Made by a program: the position numbers and the translations under genes. The notes under the pieces are model-generated. The model was not told the origin of the DNA and did not search any database. It worked only from the letters and a program-made list of their open reading frames with translations. This document shows positions 20,669 through 30,850 of a stretch of DNA of 64,000 nt, one piece after another. The DNA lies in NCBI GenBank assembly GCA_963705105.1, contig CAVPIW010000008.1, forward strand, positions 48,585-112,584. Reading direction: 5' to 3'. Source of the stretch: an uncultured Nitrospiraceae bacterium. Lineage in GTDB: Bacteria > Nitrospirota > Thermodesulfovibrionia > Thermodesulfovibrionales > Dissulfurispiraceae. Numbering within the stretch: the stretch's first letter is position 1; each line of letters begins with the position of its first letter.

Positions 20669-21376
20669 ATGAAGAGGTTCGCTGCAACGGCGCTGATCAT
20701 GCTCTTTTTCGTCACGGGCTGCGCGACAATGAGTCCGGACAAGGAAAAGGAGGCATCCTTCTATTACACCATGGGTGTCTCGGCTCTGAACGAGGGCAAC
20801 GTCCAGAATGCCTTCGTCCATTTCCAGAAGGCCTATCAGCTCAACCCATACAACAAGGAGATCATGAACAGCCTCGGCCTCGTGTATTCGCAGCTCGAGG
20901 AGAACGACAAGGCACGGGACCTCTTCCTCAAGGCGATCGTCGAAGACCCGAATTTTGCCGAGGCCCACAACAATCTCGGCGTGACGTACATGAAGATGGA
21001 GAGATGGAACGACGCCGTCGAGTCTTTCAAACGGGCACTGGCGAACCCGCTCTACCCGACCCACGAACGGGCTTTTTACAACATGGGGATGTCCTACTAC
21101 CGCATGGGGAACTACGACGGCGCCATCAATGCCTTCAAAGATTCCCTGAGGCGCTCTCCCGCCTTTCCCTATCCCTATTATGGTCTCGCCCTCGCCCTGA
21201 ACAAACTCTCCCGTTTCGGCGAGGCCGCCACTGCGATGACGAAGGCGATCGAGCTCGATCCCGCCTATAAAGGCAACAGGGAAACGTTCCTGGATGACAT
21301 GAACGAGCGCAGCCTGACCGCCAAGGGCCACGACGAGAGAGACATACGGGATTATATCGAGATCATGAAGTATTAG
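20669..21376 (+). CDS. TPR lipoprotein, PilF/PilW-like
   Basis: Lipobox VTGC, TPRs (AHNNLG, ALANPLYPT). Confidence 0.8.
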   Translation: MKRFAATALIMLFFVTGCATMSPDKEKEASFYYTMGVSALNEGNVQNAFVHFQKAYQLNPYNKEIMNSLGLVYSQLEENDKARDLFLKAIVEDPNFAEAHNNLGVTYMKMERWNDAVESFKRALANPLYPTHERAFYNMGMSYYRMGNYDGAINAFKDSLRRSPAFPYPYYGLALALNKLSRFGEAATAMTKAIELDPAYKGNRETFLDDMNERSLTAKGHDERDIRDYIEIMKY

Positions 21377-21390
21377 CCTCTTTGGTGCAT

Positions 21391-22641
21391 ATGGTGAGAC
21401 CACCCCGCAACGGTTCCGCAAACTCTTCGTTTCGTTTCCTCATCCCCTTCCTCCTCATCCTTATCCTAATCTCTTTCGGCGGTTGCGCGGGAAAAGACGC
21501 CTCCCGTTTTGCCTTCGTCGTCGTCGGTGACACGAGAACGGAACCCTACGTGACGGGCGGATTGAAACAGGCCGGTGAGGTGAAAAAGGTCCTCGGAATG
21601 CGCTTCCGCGGGAGCGACATCCTGCTGTCCCATGACGAGACCGGTTCGGAGGTGATCAGGGCCGATATTACGGAAAAAAGCGGCAGCCGGACCACCATTC
21701 ACTACCGGGACGGATGGCCGCGGCTCATCTCGGCGACAAAAGACGGCGACATGAAGGTGATCATGCGCGACAGCGGCAGGAAATGGGTCTATGACCGGGT
21801 CGTCTCGACGATTCAACGTGACGTCTCGTCATATCCCGGCGGGTCCGCCTTCGTCGTCCACGGTGGAGATATATCGCTTTTCGGCGCCCAGGGGAAAAGC
21901 CTTGACGAGAACCCCTACTGGCAGCTCTTCGATGCTGAATTCCTCAGCCGCCTGCCTGCTGTGAGCGCCGGCTTTCCCCTGCCTTCACGCATCATCGCGG
22001 CCGTCGGCAACCACGAGACATGGCTCGACGAACCGATGGAAGGCATGCTGACCACCATGCCGTGGCTCCGTCAATTTGGACTGTCGAAGGAGCGCAGGAT
22101 CTACGCCGCCACATTCATGAACTGCCGTTTCATCTTTCTTGACTCGGGCGACTACGGGGTCAGCGGCGAGATCTGGGGAAACTATCCGCCCTTCAGAGAG
22201 CAGATGGATTTCCTCACCGATGAGCTGAAGAGGGCACGGGAGACGGGAACAGACCACGTCTTCATCGTCTATCATAAACCGTCCTTCATCAAAGTGGGCC
22301 ACGACCCGCTCCCTGACGACCTGAATCCGCACAAATATATCCGGCCCTTTGCAAAAGACCTGAGGATATATGTCTTCAACAGCCATTCACACACTACCGA
22401 GCACTACCTTGTCGACGGGATCCGGTATCTCGTCCTCGGTGCGGGCGGGGCGCCGCAGAAGTTCGAAACCGCCAAACATCCCTCCCCCCAGGAAGAACTC
22501 TACTGGAAAGGGGCAGAGAGGGTCGAGGAGTACAACTTCCTGCGCGTGGAAGTCGAAGGCCCGACCACCAGGGGGACCATCCACCGCTTCCGCCCCGGCG
22601 ATCCCCTTCGTCCCTTCAGCACCGTCACAATATTCGAATAA
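21391..22641 (+). CDS. Calcineurin-like metallophosphoesterase, probable lipoprotein
   Basis: GDTR, HGGD, GNHE, YHKP, SHSH motifs; FGGC lipobox; start uncertain. Confidence 0.8.
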   Translation: MVRPPRNGSANSSFRFLIPFLLILILISFGGCAGKDASRFAFVVVGDTRTEPYVTGGLKQAGEVKKVLGMRFRGSDILLSHDETGSEVIRADITEKSGSRTTIHYRDGWPRLISATKDGDMKVIMRDSGRKWVYDRVVSTIQRDVSSYPGGSAFVVHGGDISLFGAQGKSLDENPYWQLFDAEFLSRLPAVSAGFPLPSRIIAAVGNHETWLDEPMEGMLTTMPWLRQFGLSKERRIYAATFMNCRFIFLDSGDYGVSGEIWGNYPPFREQMDFLTDELKRARETGTDHVFIVYHKPSFIKVGHDPLPDDLNPHKYIRPFAKDLRIYVFNSHSHTTEHYLVDGIRYLVLGAGGAPQKFETAKHPSPQEELYWKGAERVEEYNFLRVEVEGPTTRGTIHRFRPGDPLRPFSTVTIFE

Positions 22642-22695
22642 GGGGTCAGACTTGCGAATTGCTTTTGGCCGGCAGCCCGCCATCAGGCGGGCGGT

Positions 22696-22745
22696 CTTCA
22701 AGGCTTTGAGGCGCTTCGCCCCGCCCGTTCATGCAGATGAAAGGT
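22696..22745 (-). repeat. Partial (left-end) copy of rod-like repeat
   Basis: Reverse complement ACCTTTCATCTGCATGAACGGGCGGGGCGAAGCGCCTCAAAGCCTTGAAG. Confidence 0.8.
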
Positions 22746-22874
22746 TTACAGGACCTTTTGATTTACGTCTTTCACGAGAACATCCATTGTGACGCCTCTC
22801 ACTGCTGCAGACGTCCGTTTGATGCATCATAGGCGAAGATACGGTATCATTACATGATAATTCGTGAGGATCGC

Positions 22875-24386
22875 ATGACCAGCTGTCTGCATATCAAGGC
22901 CATTAAAATGGCACTCCTTCTTTCTGTGATGTTGATAGCCACCCTGGCTTTTGTTCACAACGGCTTCGCAGCGCCGTCCGTTGCCGGATGTTCAGTTTTC
23001 AGTGCGGATAACGTATGGAACACGCCTGTTGACACTTTGCCCCTGGACCCGAATTCTCAAGCGTACGTCACGACCATCGGGGAAAACAAAGGGCTTCACG
23101 CCGACTTCGGTTCAGGCCTGTGGGATGGCGGGCCCATCGGCATTCCCTATACGATCGCAACGGGGTTGCAGCCGCTCGTGAACGTCTCGTTCCAATACGC
23201 AAGTGAGAGCGACCCGGGTCCCTACCCCATCCCGCCCGATGCACTCATCGAGGGAGGGCCGCAGTCAGACGGAGACAGGCATGTTCTGGTCATCGACAGC
23301 GACAATTGCGTCCTCTACGAACTGTTTGCCGCCTATCCTCAAACCGACGGCTCATGGCACGCAGGTTCGGGAGCGATTTTCAACCTGCGTTCCAATGCCC
23401 TGCGGCCGTCGACGTGGACATCTGCTGACGCTGCCGGACTTCCCATTCTCCCCGGGCTGGTGAGGTACGACGAGGTTGCCGCAGGCGAGATAAAACATGC
23501 CTTGCGCTTTACCGCTCCGCAAACCAGAGATGCCTTCATTTGGCCTGCTCGCCACGAGGCCTCAAGTCTGACAGGGCAACAGTATCCGCCAATGGGTCAG
23601 CGATTCCGTCTTAAGGCGAGTTTCGATGTTTCGGACTTCTCTGAGGCTGCCCGGGTCATCCTCAGGGCTTTGAAGAAGTACGGTATGATCCTGGCTGACA
23701 ACGGGTCTTCATGGTACATATCGGGTGCACCCGATCCGGGATGGGACAATGATGTGCTTCACGAACTCGGAAGCGTTACCGGCTCGGCATTTGAAGCCGT
23801 TGACGAGTCTTCGTTGATGATAAGCCATGATTCCGGGCAGGTTGCCGTCCATCCGGCCGAATTCCAGTTGACCACAACGGTGAATGCATCTCAGGCAGGC
23901 GCGGCAGTCCCCGACTGCTCGGCAGGATGCTGGTATGACAGCGGCGCTCTGGCGTCCCTCGTTGCAGTCCCCGCCGCAGGGCATGTCTTTGACGGATGGA
24001 GCGGGGATTGCGCGGGCAGGAACCCTTCCGTCTCGGTTGCCATGACGGCGCCGAAGGGCTGCACAGCCGATTTCACAGCCTGCGCTGATCTGCCGGTGAG
24101 GATCATGGCGGAGGGATTCTTGACCGTTCAAGGGGCATACAGAGCTGCAGGGGAGAACGATGTTATCAGGATTCTTGCCGCAGATCTGCAGGAAGAGCTG
24201 CTTCTGGACCGCTCAATATCCGTAATCCTCAAAGGTGGTCATACCTGCGGCTATGGCTCAAATCCTTCCATGAGTCTGATAAGGGGACCGGTCGTCATTA
24301 CCCAGGGGACGGTCACGGTAGAAAACCTGCTGATCATAAGCGCGGCGGCTGCGCCGTCTCCCCCGGGGACTCCGCCAGTACCATAG
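22875..24386 (+). CDS. Secreted protein with InlB B-repeat-like module
   Basis: Signal peptide, conserved-looking TSADAAGLPILPGLVRYDEV domain, FDGWSGDC B-repeat; start uncertain. Confidence 0.75.
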   Translation: MTSCLHIKAIKMALLLSVMLIATLAFVHNGFAAPSVAGCSVFSADNVWNTPVDTLPLDPNSQAYVTTIGENKGLHADFGSGLWDGGPIGIPYTIATGLQPLVNVSFQYASESDPGPYPIPPDALIEGGPQSDGDRHVLVIDSDNCVLYELFAAYPQTDGSWHAGSGAIFNLRSNALRPSTWTSADAAGLPILPGLVRYDEVAAGEIKHALRFTAPQTRDAFIWPARHEASSLTGQQYPPMGQRFRLKASFDVSDFSEAARVILRALKKYGMILADNGSSWYISGAPDPGWDNDVLHELGSVTGSAFEAVDESSLMISHDSGQVAVHPAEFQLTTTVNASQAGAAVPDCSAGCWYDSGALASLVAVPAAGHVFDGWSGDCAGRNPSVSVAMTAPKGCTADFTACADLPVRIMAEGFLTVQGAYRAAGENDVIRILAADLQEELLLDRSISVILKGGHTCGYGSNPSMSLIRGPVVITQGTVTVENLLIISAAAAPSPPGTPPVP

Positions 24387-24554
24387 TCCTGATCTCCTTT
24401 CGTCGAATTACCGGCCCCTCCCCGCAGCGGAAAAATCATTGTTCTTCATTTTTTCCGCGTTGTGAACACAAATTTATACGGTTCAACTGCATTTCCGCTT
24501 CTGTCCTTGAAGTTCCTGAACTTCTCCGTGTTTTATACATGAGGTAGACTTGAG

Positions 24555-24857
24555 ATGCCGAAGCTCAATGTCGCGAACATTGAGTCCTCCGATTTTCTCG
24601 GGTGCGGCATCGACAGGGGCATCGAGGTGCTCGATAACTCGGGCATCACCGACACTGCGCTGGCCTTCACAATCGTCGATCCGTTGGAGGCCGGGGATCC
24701 GCTTTCGATCTTCTGCACGAGGGCCGGAGGTGCCGCGGGCGACATCGTGGGGGTCTGGTCGTGTGACCTCGGTGATGTGGGCTCACTGACTCTGGACATG
24801 AAACAGGATCGAACTGTCACCATTACCGGGGTCCTGCAGAACTGCCAGATCGACTGA
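24555..24857 (+). CDS. Truncated paralog of the C-terminal half of the 26018-26606 gene
   Basis: 24577-24905 is highly similar to 26325-26652; has its own GAGG SD; no signal peptide. Confidence 0.55.
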   Translation: MPKLNVANIESSDFLGCGIDRGIEVLDNSGITDTALAFTIVDPLEAGDPLSIFCTRAGGAAGDIVGVWSCDLGDVGSLTLDMKQDRTVTITGVLQNCQID

Positions 24858-24983
24858 TCCGACGATAGAGCGTCCCAACTCTTTCCAGGGCATCACATGC
24901 CCCGCAGTTGTCAGCTTAAACAGACGGGGTCAATAACGGGGACATATCAGGTCTGTTTCTTGAAAGAGTGCTATGGGAAGAAG

Positions 24984-25006
24984 AGGCCCCTCCGTGGGAG
25001 GGGCCT
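24984..25006 (-). terminator. Hairpin after cold-shock gene
   Basis: AGGCCCCTCC/GGAGGGGCCT 10-bp stem about 10 nt after the stop. Confidence 0.65.
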
Positions 25007-25015
25007 TGTGGTTGG

Positions 25016-25216
25016 TTAGAGTTTGACGACGTTGATAGCTTTGGGGCCCTTCGGACCCTTTTCGGTATCGAAGCTGACTTTGTCACCCTCGGCAAGACTC
25101 TTGAAGCCATTGCCCTGGATGGACGTGTGATGAACAAAAACGTCGGTGCTGTCTTCACTCGTGATGAAGCCAAAGCCCTTGCTGTCGTTGAACCACTTCA
25201 CAGTTCCTTGTGTCAT
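25016..25216 (-). CDS. cspA: Cold-shock protein (CSD)
   Basis: GTVKWFN..KGFGFI (RNP1), DVFVH (RNP2); SD AGGAGGT. Confidence 0.96.
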   Translation of the reverse strand: MTQGTVKWFNDSKGFGFITSEDSTDVFVHHTSIQGNGFKSLAEGDKVSFDTEKGPKGPKAINVVKL

Positions 25217-25260
25217 GTTGGTTACCTCCTTTTTCTGGATTAAAATCTCAGAAGCAGCCA

Positions 25261-25298
25261 ACAAAAAAGGGCCACAATATTAAAAGTCTTTGTGGCCC
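25261..25298 (-). promoter_or_regulatory. Terminator-like hairpin in csp leader
   Basis: GGGCCACAA/TTGTGGCCC stem followed on the minus strand by T6, about 45 nt upstream of ATG. Confidence 0.6.
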
Positions 25299-25503
25299 GT
25301 TATGAACGCAAAAACTTCTAAGACCTTGCATTAATAATATCACATACCATGTCAATTAGACAAGTCGTCATTTAGAGTATGACACCCGCCGGATTTCGGG
25401 AGCTGCGGCGCATCCTGCGCGACCTCATTCAGATCGATGAAAAACAAGATCGCCGAATTTCCCCGACGGCAGGCCGGGTTCACCCCGGATGAACATTAAC
25501 ATT

Positions 25504-25718
25504 ACCTTCCAGTTGCATGAAGGGGCGGGGCGAAGCGCCTCAAAGCCTTGATGAAGGCGACGATGAGCATTGTCAGGTTCGTCCTTCAGGATTCCACTCT
25601 TTGTGTGATCGATCAGTGGTTTAAAAGGTCGTCTTTCGTTGCGATTATGGTGTCGCCGCATCAAGGTTTTCCGCGCATACACCCCGCCCCTTCAGTCCGG
25701 CGTATGCAACATTAAGGA
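25504..25718 (+). repeat. Rod-like interspersed repeat, short subtype
   Basis: ACCTTCCAGTTGCA...TGCAACATTAAGG; colinear with 29373-29585. Confidence 0.92.
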
Positions 25719-25760
25719 TTATATAGGAGATCACAATACTCGTGCTGACATTATTTTTCC

Positions 25761-25789
25761 TTGACACCGACTTCTTTATCGGTTATATA
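25761..25789 (+). promoter_or_regulatory. Putative sigma70 promoter
   Basis: TTGACA-17-TATATA. Confidence 0.55.
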
Positions 25790-26017
25790 TGAGATAAAGA
25801 ATTGGGAGATGCTGAAACACCGTGTCGCGAAGGGACGATTGGTGGTCGGCATTCACGGCGCTGATAGTGAAAAAAAGGGGGTAGGATACAAAAGATGAAA
25901 AATTGGGAGCAGGTCGAACCTCGTTAGGGAAATGGCCTCGAGGTGGGGGCGGGTCCCACCCGGGAGAGGGTTCTCCTGTGCATTGATTTCGAACTCTGTG
26001 CCACGAAGGAGGGCGGT

Positions 26018-26606
26018 ATGATGAGATCCTTATTGGTCGGTCTGGCAGTCGCAGTTCTTGTCGTGACCATGTGTTTCGGGGCCGCCGATGCCCAGATATC
26101 CTTCAGTCAAGGTTATGTGAACACCATCGGCAACGACGTCTTCCTGACCATACCCGAGATCAGTAGCGGAACCGTCCAGGGGTGGGTGACCTGGAAATTG
26201 AACTTCGGCACCATATCATGGGACCTGGAGGATTTTGGCCTCACCGCTGATGTGCCGAAACTGGGATCGCGGACGGCAAACGGAAGGTACCTGTACCATG
26301 CTCAGAAGAGTATCGTAGTGATCGACATTGAGTTCTCCGATTTTCTCGGGTGCGGCATCGACAGGGGGATCGAGGTGCTCGACGTCTCGGGCATTACCGA
26401 CACTGCACTGAACTTCACTATCGTCGAGCCGTTGGAGGCCGGGGATCCGCTTTCGATCTTCTGCACGAGGGCCGGACGGTGCCGCGGGCGACATCGTGGG
26501 GGTCTGGTCGTGTGACCTCGGCGATGTGGGCTCATTGACTCTGAACATGAAACAGGACAGGACTGTCACCATTACGGGGGTCATGCAGAACTGCCTGCTC
26601 GACTGA
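26018..26606 (+). pseudogene. Secreted hypothetical protein with +1 frameshift at 26477
   Basis: SD AAGGAGG, signal peptide; extra C relative to the paralog (GGACGGT vs GGAGGT); corrected frame ends NCLLD*. Confidence 0.75.
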
Positions 26607-26926
26607 CCTCACGGCGGAGCGTCTCAACTCTTTCCGGGGCATCCCAGCCCCGGAAGGCTTTTATATCGACACGTTCTCTTTTTATGTCGACAACGTCTAT
26701 ACATCACTGCGATACAGAGTCGGCAAATCCTGACGCCCTTATACTTCTTTATCTCCAGCAAATCATCATCTCCCGTCACCAGATACGCAGCTTTTGCAGG
26801 CAGTGCACAGGCGATAACGCTGTCGTCATCGGCGTCGCGGCCATGGCGTTCCTTGATTACCGGAACGGCCTGATCGGTTAGGCGCTTGCATTTGCAAGGG
26901 AATTAAATATAATGAAAGGAAAAGTC

Positions 26927-27037
26927 ATGAGAGAAACACCGGTGATCTTGGACCCCGAACCGGGCATTTATTGCCGGTGGAGCTGTGGAAAGCCAGGCAA
27001 TTTGCCGTTCTGTGATGGCGCTCATAAAAACCCCTGA
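26927..27037 (+). pseudogene. Degenerate CDGSH iron-sulfur domain small ORF (36 aa)
   Basis: Translates MRETPVILDPEPGIYCRWSCGKPGNLPFCDGAHKNP; PFCDGAH signature present, canonical first Cys and Ser altered. Confidence 0.6.
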
Positions 27038-27150
27038 CAAAGAGGAACGCGAGCGAAGGCGCATCGAAGTAGCCTCAAAAAGTAGTGTGCACCGGATCGC
27101 CGGCGTCATTGGGGTATCCGGGGCACAATCCTTCTCACAGGAGGTGTGCT

Positions 27151-29124
27151 ATGACTGAGGGAATTACCAGACGGACCTTTCTGGGCGCCGGAGCCGCCGG
27201 GATGCTCTCCCTTTGTGGCTGCAAAACTCTGAACAGACCGACGCAACGGACAGACATGCCGGCTGACATTATCCTTTTTAACGGCAAGATCACCACCCTC
27301 GATGGTGCCAAACCTCAGGTCTCGGCCGTTGCCATGGCCGGAGGACTCATAACCGCCACCGGGGGCGAAGAACTCCTCGCTGCCGCAACCGGCAAGACCA
27401 GGAGGATCGACCTCAAGGGGAGGCGGGTCATCCCCGGCCTGAACGATTCGCATACCCACGTCATCCGCGGCGGTCTCAGTTACAATCTGGAGCTTCGCTG
27501 GGACGGGGTTCCCTCTCTCGCCGACGGTTTGCGCATGCTGAAAGAGCAGGCACAACGAACTCCTCCCGGCCAATGGGTTCGGGTCATCGGCGGCTGGAGC
27601 GAATTTCAGTTCGCTGAGCGGCGCATGCCCACGCTCGAGGAGATCAACGCCGTCTCTCCCGATACGCCGGTCTTCGTCCTGCACCTGTATTGCCGCGGAA
27701 TGTTGAACAAGGCCGCTCTGCGGGCCTGCGGCTACACGAAAGACACGCCGGACCCGCCCGCCGGTGAAATCCAGCGCGACGCAAGCGGCAACCCCACCGG
27801 GCTTCTCATCGCCCGTCCCAATGCCGGCATTCTTTACGCCACCGTCGGCAAGCAACCGAAACTGCCGCCCGAACATCAGATGAACTCTTCGCGTCACTTC
27901 ATGCGCGAGTTGAATCGCCTCGGCCTCACCAGCCTGGTGGACGCCGGCGGCGGATCGCAAATCTATCCGGATGACTATGCGATCATCGAGGAGCTTCACA
28001 AGCGGGGTGAAATGACCGTGCGCATGGCCTACAACATTTTCACGCAAAAGCCCAAAGAGGAAAAAGAGGATTTCCTGCGTACCATGAAGCTGACCGCGCC
28101 CGGCAAAGGTGACGATTTCTACCGCTGCAACGGTGCCGGAGAAATGCTGGTTTACTCGGCAGCGGACTTCGAGGATTTCATGGAACCCCGGCCCGATCTC
28201 CCGTCCGACCTGGAGCGGGATCTGAAAGAGGTCGTTTCGCTGCTAGCCGCCAATAAATGGCCGTTCCGCATTCACGCAACCTATGACGAAAGCATCTCCC
28301 GCATGCTGAACGTGTTCGAAGAGGTGAACCGCGAAATCCCCTTCAAAGACTTACAATGGATCTTCGATCATTGTGAAACCATCTCCGACCGCAGCCTCGA
28401 ACGTGTCAAAGCTTTGGGAGGCGGCATTGCCATCCAGGACCGCATGGCCTTCCAGGGGGAGTATTTCCTGGACCGGTACGGGAAGCAGGCAGCGGAGCGG
28501 ACGCCGCCGGTTCGAAAAATGCTCGATCTTGGCATTCCCGTGGGGGCGGGCACCGATGCAACCCGCGTGGCCAGCTATAACCCCTGGCTTTCCCTGTATT
28601 GGCTGGTTGCCGGGAAGACACTGGGCGGCGCCTCGTTGTATTCCAGAGCAAACCGCCTCAGCCGGGAGGAAGCATTGAAGCTCTATACCCAGGGCAGCAG
28701 TTGGTTCTCCGGTGAAAGCGGCAGGAAAGGGGCAATCTCCGTCGGCCAATTGGCGGATGTCACCGCGCTCACTGAAGATTACTTTTCGGTGCCGGAAGAG
28801 AAGATCAAGGGGATCGAGTCGGTCCTTACCATTGTCAACGGGAAGATTGTATACGGCGCTCAGGAATTTCATAACCTTGACCCGGCTCCCCTGCCGGTTC
28901 TGCCGGAATGGTCGCCCGTAAAGGTTTATGGCGGGTACGGGGCGCCGCTGGATGTTCGCAAAGCCGCCCGCGCCGGTGTCCCGGTCCCCCTGCACCAGCA
29001 TTCTGCTGAGTGCCGCTCGCACGGCTGTCTCCATGCCGCCCGGCAACTCCTGGTCGGCATCAAGGCTGCTGCTCCCCGTTACGGTGATTTCTGGGGCCTG
29101 GGTTGCGACTGTTTTGCGTTCTGA
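27151..29124 (+). CDS. Amidohydrolase family 3 (YtcJ-like) with Tat signal
   Basis: TRRTFL twin-arginine motif; PGLNDSHTH, RIHATYDE, DHCE, GTDAT; SD AGGAGG. Confidence 0.9.
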   Translation: MTEGITRRTFLGAGAAGMLSLCGCKTLNRPTQRTDMPADIILFNGKITTLDGAKPQVSAVAMAGGLITATGGEELLAAATGKTRRIDLKGRRVIPGLNDSHTHVIRGGLSYNLELRWDGVPSLADGLRMLKEQAQRTPPGQWVRVIGGWSEFQFAERRMPTLEEINAVSPDTPVFVLHLYCRGMLNKAALRACGYTKDTPDPPAGEIQRDASGNPTGLLIARPNAGILYATVGKQPKLPPEHQMNSSRHFMRELNRLGLTSLVDAGGGSQIYPDDYAIIEELHKRGEMTVRMAYNIFTQKPKEEKEDFLRTMKLTAPGKGDDFYRCNGAGEMLVYSAADFEDFMEPRPDLPSDLERDLKEVVSLLAANKWPFRIHATYDESISRMLNVFEEVNREIPFKDLQWIFDHCETISDRSLERVKALGGGIAIQDRMAFQGEYFLDRYGKQAAERTPPVRKMLDLGIPVGAGTDATRVASYNPWLSLYWLVAGKTLGGASLYSRANRLSREEALKLYTQGSSWFSGESGRKGAISVGQLADVTALTEDYFSVPEEKIKGIESVLTIVNGKIVYGAQEFHNLDPAPLPVLPEWSPVKVYGGYGAPLDVRKAARAGVPVPLHQHSAECRSHGCLHAARQLLVGIKAAAPRYGDFWGLGCDCFAF

Positions 29125-29372
29125 ACATTACTTGACAAGAAACTCCAGTGCGGGTTAGATGAAACGAAAGTTTGTCGCATGGTAGGGAAGCGTCAATTAA
29201 CTCCGGCGCAAGGTCGATGCAGCGGCCGGTCTTCTCGGCAGGACATGCATCGTCGAAACAATTGAACCTCGTTTGCTACCGTACGTACCGCTTCAACTTT
29301 AGGGAAACGGCAAAGAAAACCGGCCTGATGGTGAGGCCGGAGTCGCTTCCGTGAGCATTTACTGTATACTAA

Positions 29373-29585
29373 ACCTTGCAGTTGCATAGAAAGGCGTGGC
29401 GAAGCGCCTCAAAGCCTTGCTGAAGGCGACGATACGCCTCGTCAGCTTCGTGTTTCAGGATTCCACTCTTTGTGTCATCGACCATTGGCTTATAGGTCAT
29501 CTCTCGTTTGATATAGGTGTCGCCGCAGCAAGGTTTTCGGCGCATACACCCCGCCTTTCCCGGGAGTGTATTGCAACGATAAGGT
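29373..29585 (+). repeat. Rod-like interspersed repeat, short subtype (213 bp reference copy)
   Basis: ACCTTGCAGTTGCA...TGCAACGATAAGGT with long imperfect inverted arms. Confidence 0.93.
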
Positions 29586-29633
29586 AAAGATGATTGCCTG
29601 AAATATGGATGTCTTTTTTCTCTGCCGAGCATT

Positions 29634-30116
29634 ATGAACCGGAATAAGATATGCTCTGATTGTGGTGTCGAGTACCTCCCGCACGTCGAAAAGTGCGCCG
29701 ACTGCGGCGCCGTCCTCATGCTGCACGAGGAGTACGAGAAAGCACAGGGGGAAAAAGAACGGCTCAGGGGGCAGGCCGTCGACAGCGCGGTCGCTGTCAG
29801 GGAGGGCGATCTCAGTTGGATGAGTGAACTGCGCTCCGTGCTTGTCGACTCCGGCATTCCCTGCACCGTCCGCACGGAGTCAGTCTGCAGGAAGGGCTGC
29901 CGCGACAAATACTATTTATTCGTATCCCGCGATGACGTGGAACGGGCGCAGCAGCGCATCGAAGAATACTTCGCGGAATTGCATCCCGAGATCCGCGCTT
30001 CTCAGGATCTGCTCGGCGAGGGCAAATGCCCGGCCTGCGGATCCCCCGTCGGCGATAAAGACCGCGCCTGCCCCGATTGCGGCCTGATGCTCGTCATTGA
30101 GGAAGAAGAGGGGTAG
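29634..30116 (+). CDS. Zinc-ribbon / DUF2007-like protein
   Basis: CSDC..CADC, central L.SVL.DSGIPC, C-terminal CPAC..CPDC. Confidence 0.8.
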   Translation: MNRNKICSDCGVEYLPHVEKCADCGAVLMLHEEYEKAQGEKERLRGQAVDSAVAVREGDLSWMSELRSVLVDSGIPCTVRTESVCRKGCRDKYYLFVSRDDVERAQQRIEEYFAELHPEIRASQDLLGEGKCPACGSPVGDKDRACPDCGLMLVIEEEEG

Positions 30117-30549
30117 AAGGACAAAGTCGAATAGAACAGGGCAGTTAGGTGACCTGAAAACCCGAATCCAGACAGCTTGCCTTTTTCACCGCCCCGCTGC
30201 TTATTCAGCGCTTCTCCGACCTCCCGATCGCTCAACTCAGCATCGATAAGACGCCGCCGCCCCTTTTCCATGACGAAACGGGCAAACGGCGTATCTGCAA
30301 TAAACAAGACCTGACCCCCTTATTACCTTTTATTACTTATTAGCTGCGCGAAATAACTCAGTTCAGCGTGAGCGCTCTCACGAGATGGACTCTCTTGTAT
30401 CACAATGAAATAACTACATAATATCAGGCTCACCCTCACATCCCGGGATTTCCGTGTATGTCTGACGATACAAACGCCATTCCAGGGTACGACGAAACCA
30501 AGAGAAATAATGATTGCATATCAGTCTGTTAGAGAAGCCATGGCATTCA

Positions 30550-30565
30550 TGGTATCGTTCTTGCT
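30550..30565 (+). promoter_or_regulatory. Putative sigma54 (-24/-12) promoter
   Basis: TGGTATCGTTCTTGCT: GG-N10-GC with TTGC. Confidence 0.65.
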
Positions 30566-30775
30566 TGCTCAATAGTTCACAAAACGCGTCTTTAAAGAAA
30601 CTGCCGAGCGGTCCACAATTCATGTATGCCAAAGGAGGAGGTGACGGGGTTTGTGGCAGTGGAACCTGGAACGGAGGAAGGTTGCATGTCTCACAGACCT
30701 TTTGGGAGATCTGACAGTTTCCCCAAGGGTGCTGGATGAAGTTATCTTTGAAAGGAGGTGAGTTCGTCCGGACCT

Positions 30776-30799
30776 GTATTGACAGAGGCGTGTCAATAC
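30776..30799. promoter_or_regulatory. Perfect inverted repeat (operator or RNA hairpin)
   Basis: GTATTGACA-N6-TGTCAATAC, 51 nt upstream of the start. Confidence 0.45.
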
Positions 30800-30850
30800 G
30801 ATGTCGCTGAAAAAGCGATCGAAAAAGTTGCAGAAAAAAAGGGAGGTAAT

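Noticed and set aside
25800..25940. c-di-GMP riboswitch in the leader
   Set aside because: Only a loose GCGAAGGGAC resemblance; the GCAAA/GYAA-receptor P1-P2 pattern is not recognisable
24577..26652. Diversity-generating retroelement TR/VR pair
   Set aside because: Mismatches are not adenine-specific (C/T, C/G, T/G seen), many are synonymous, and there is no reverse transcriptase in the window
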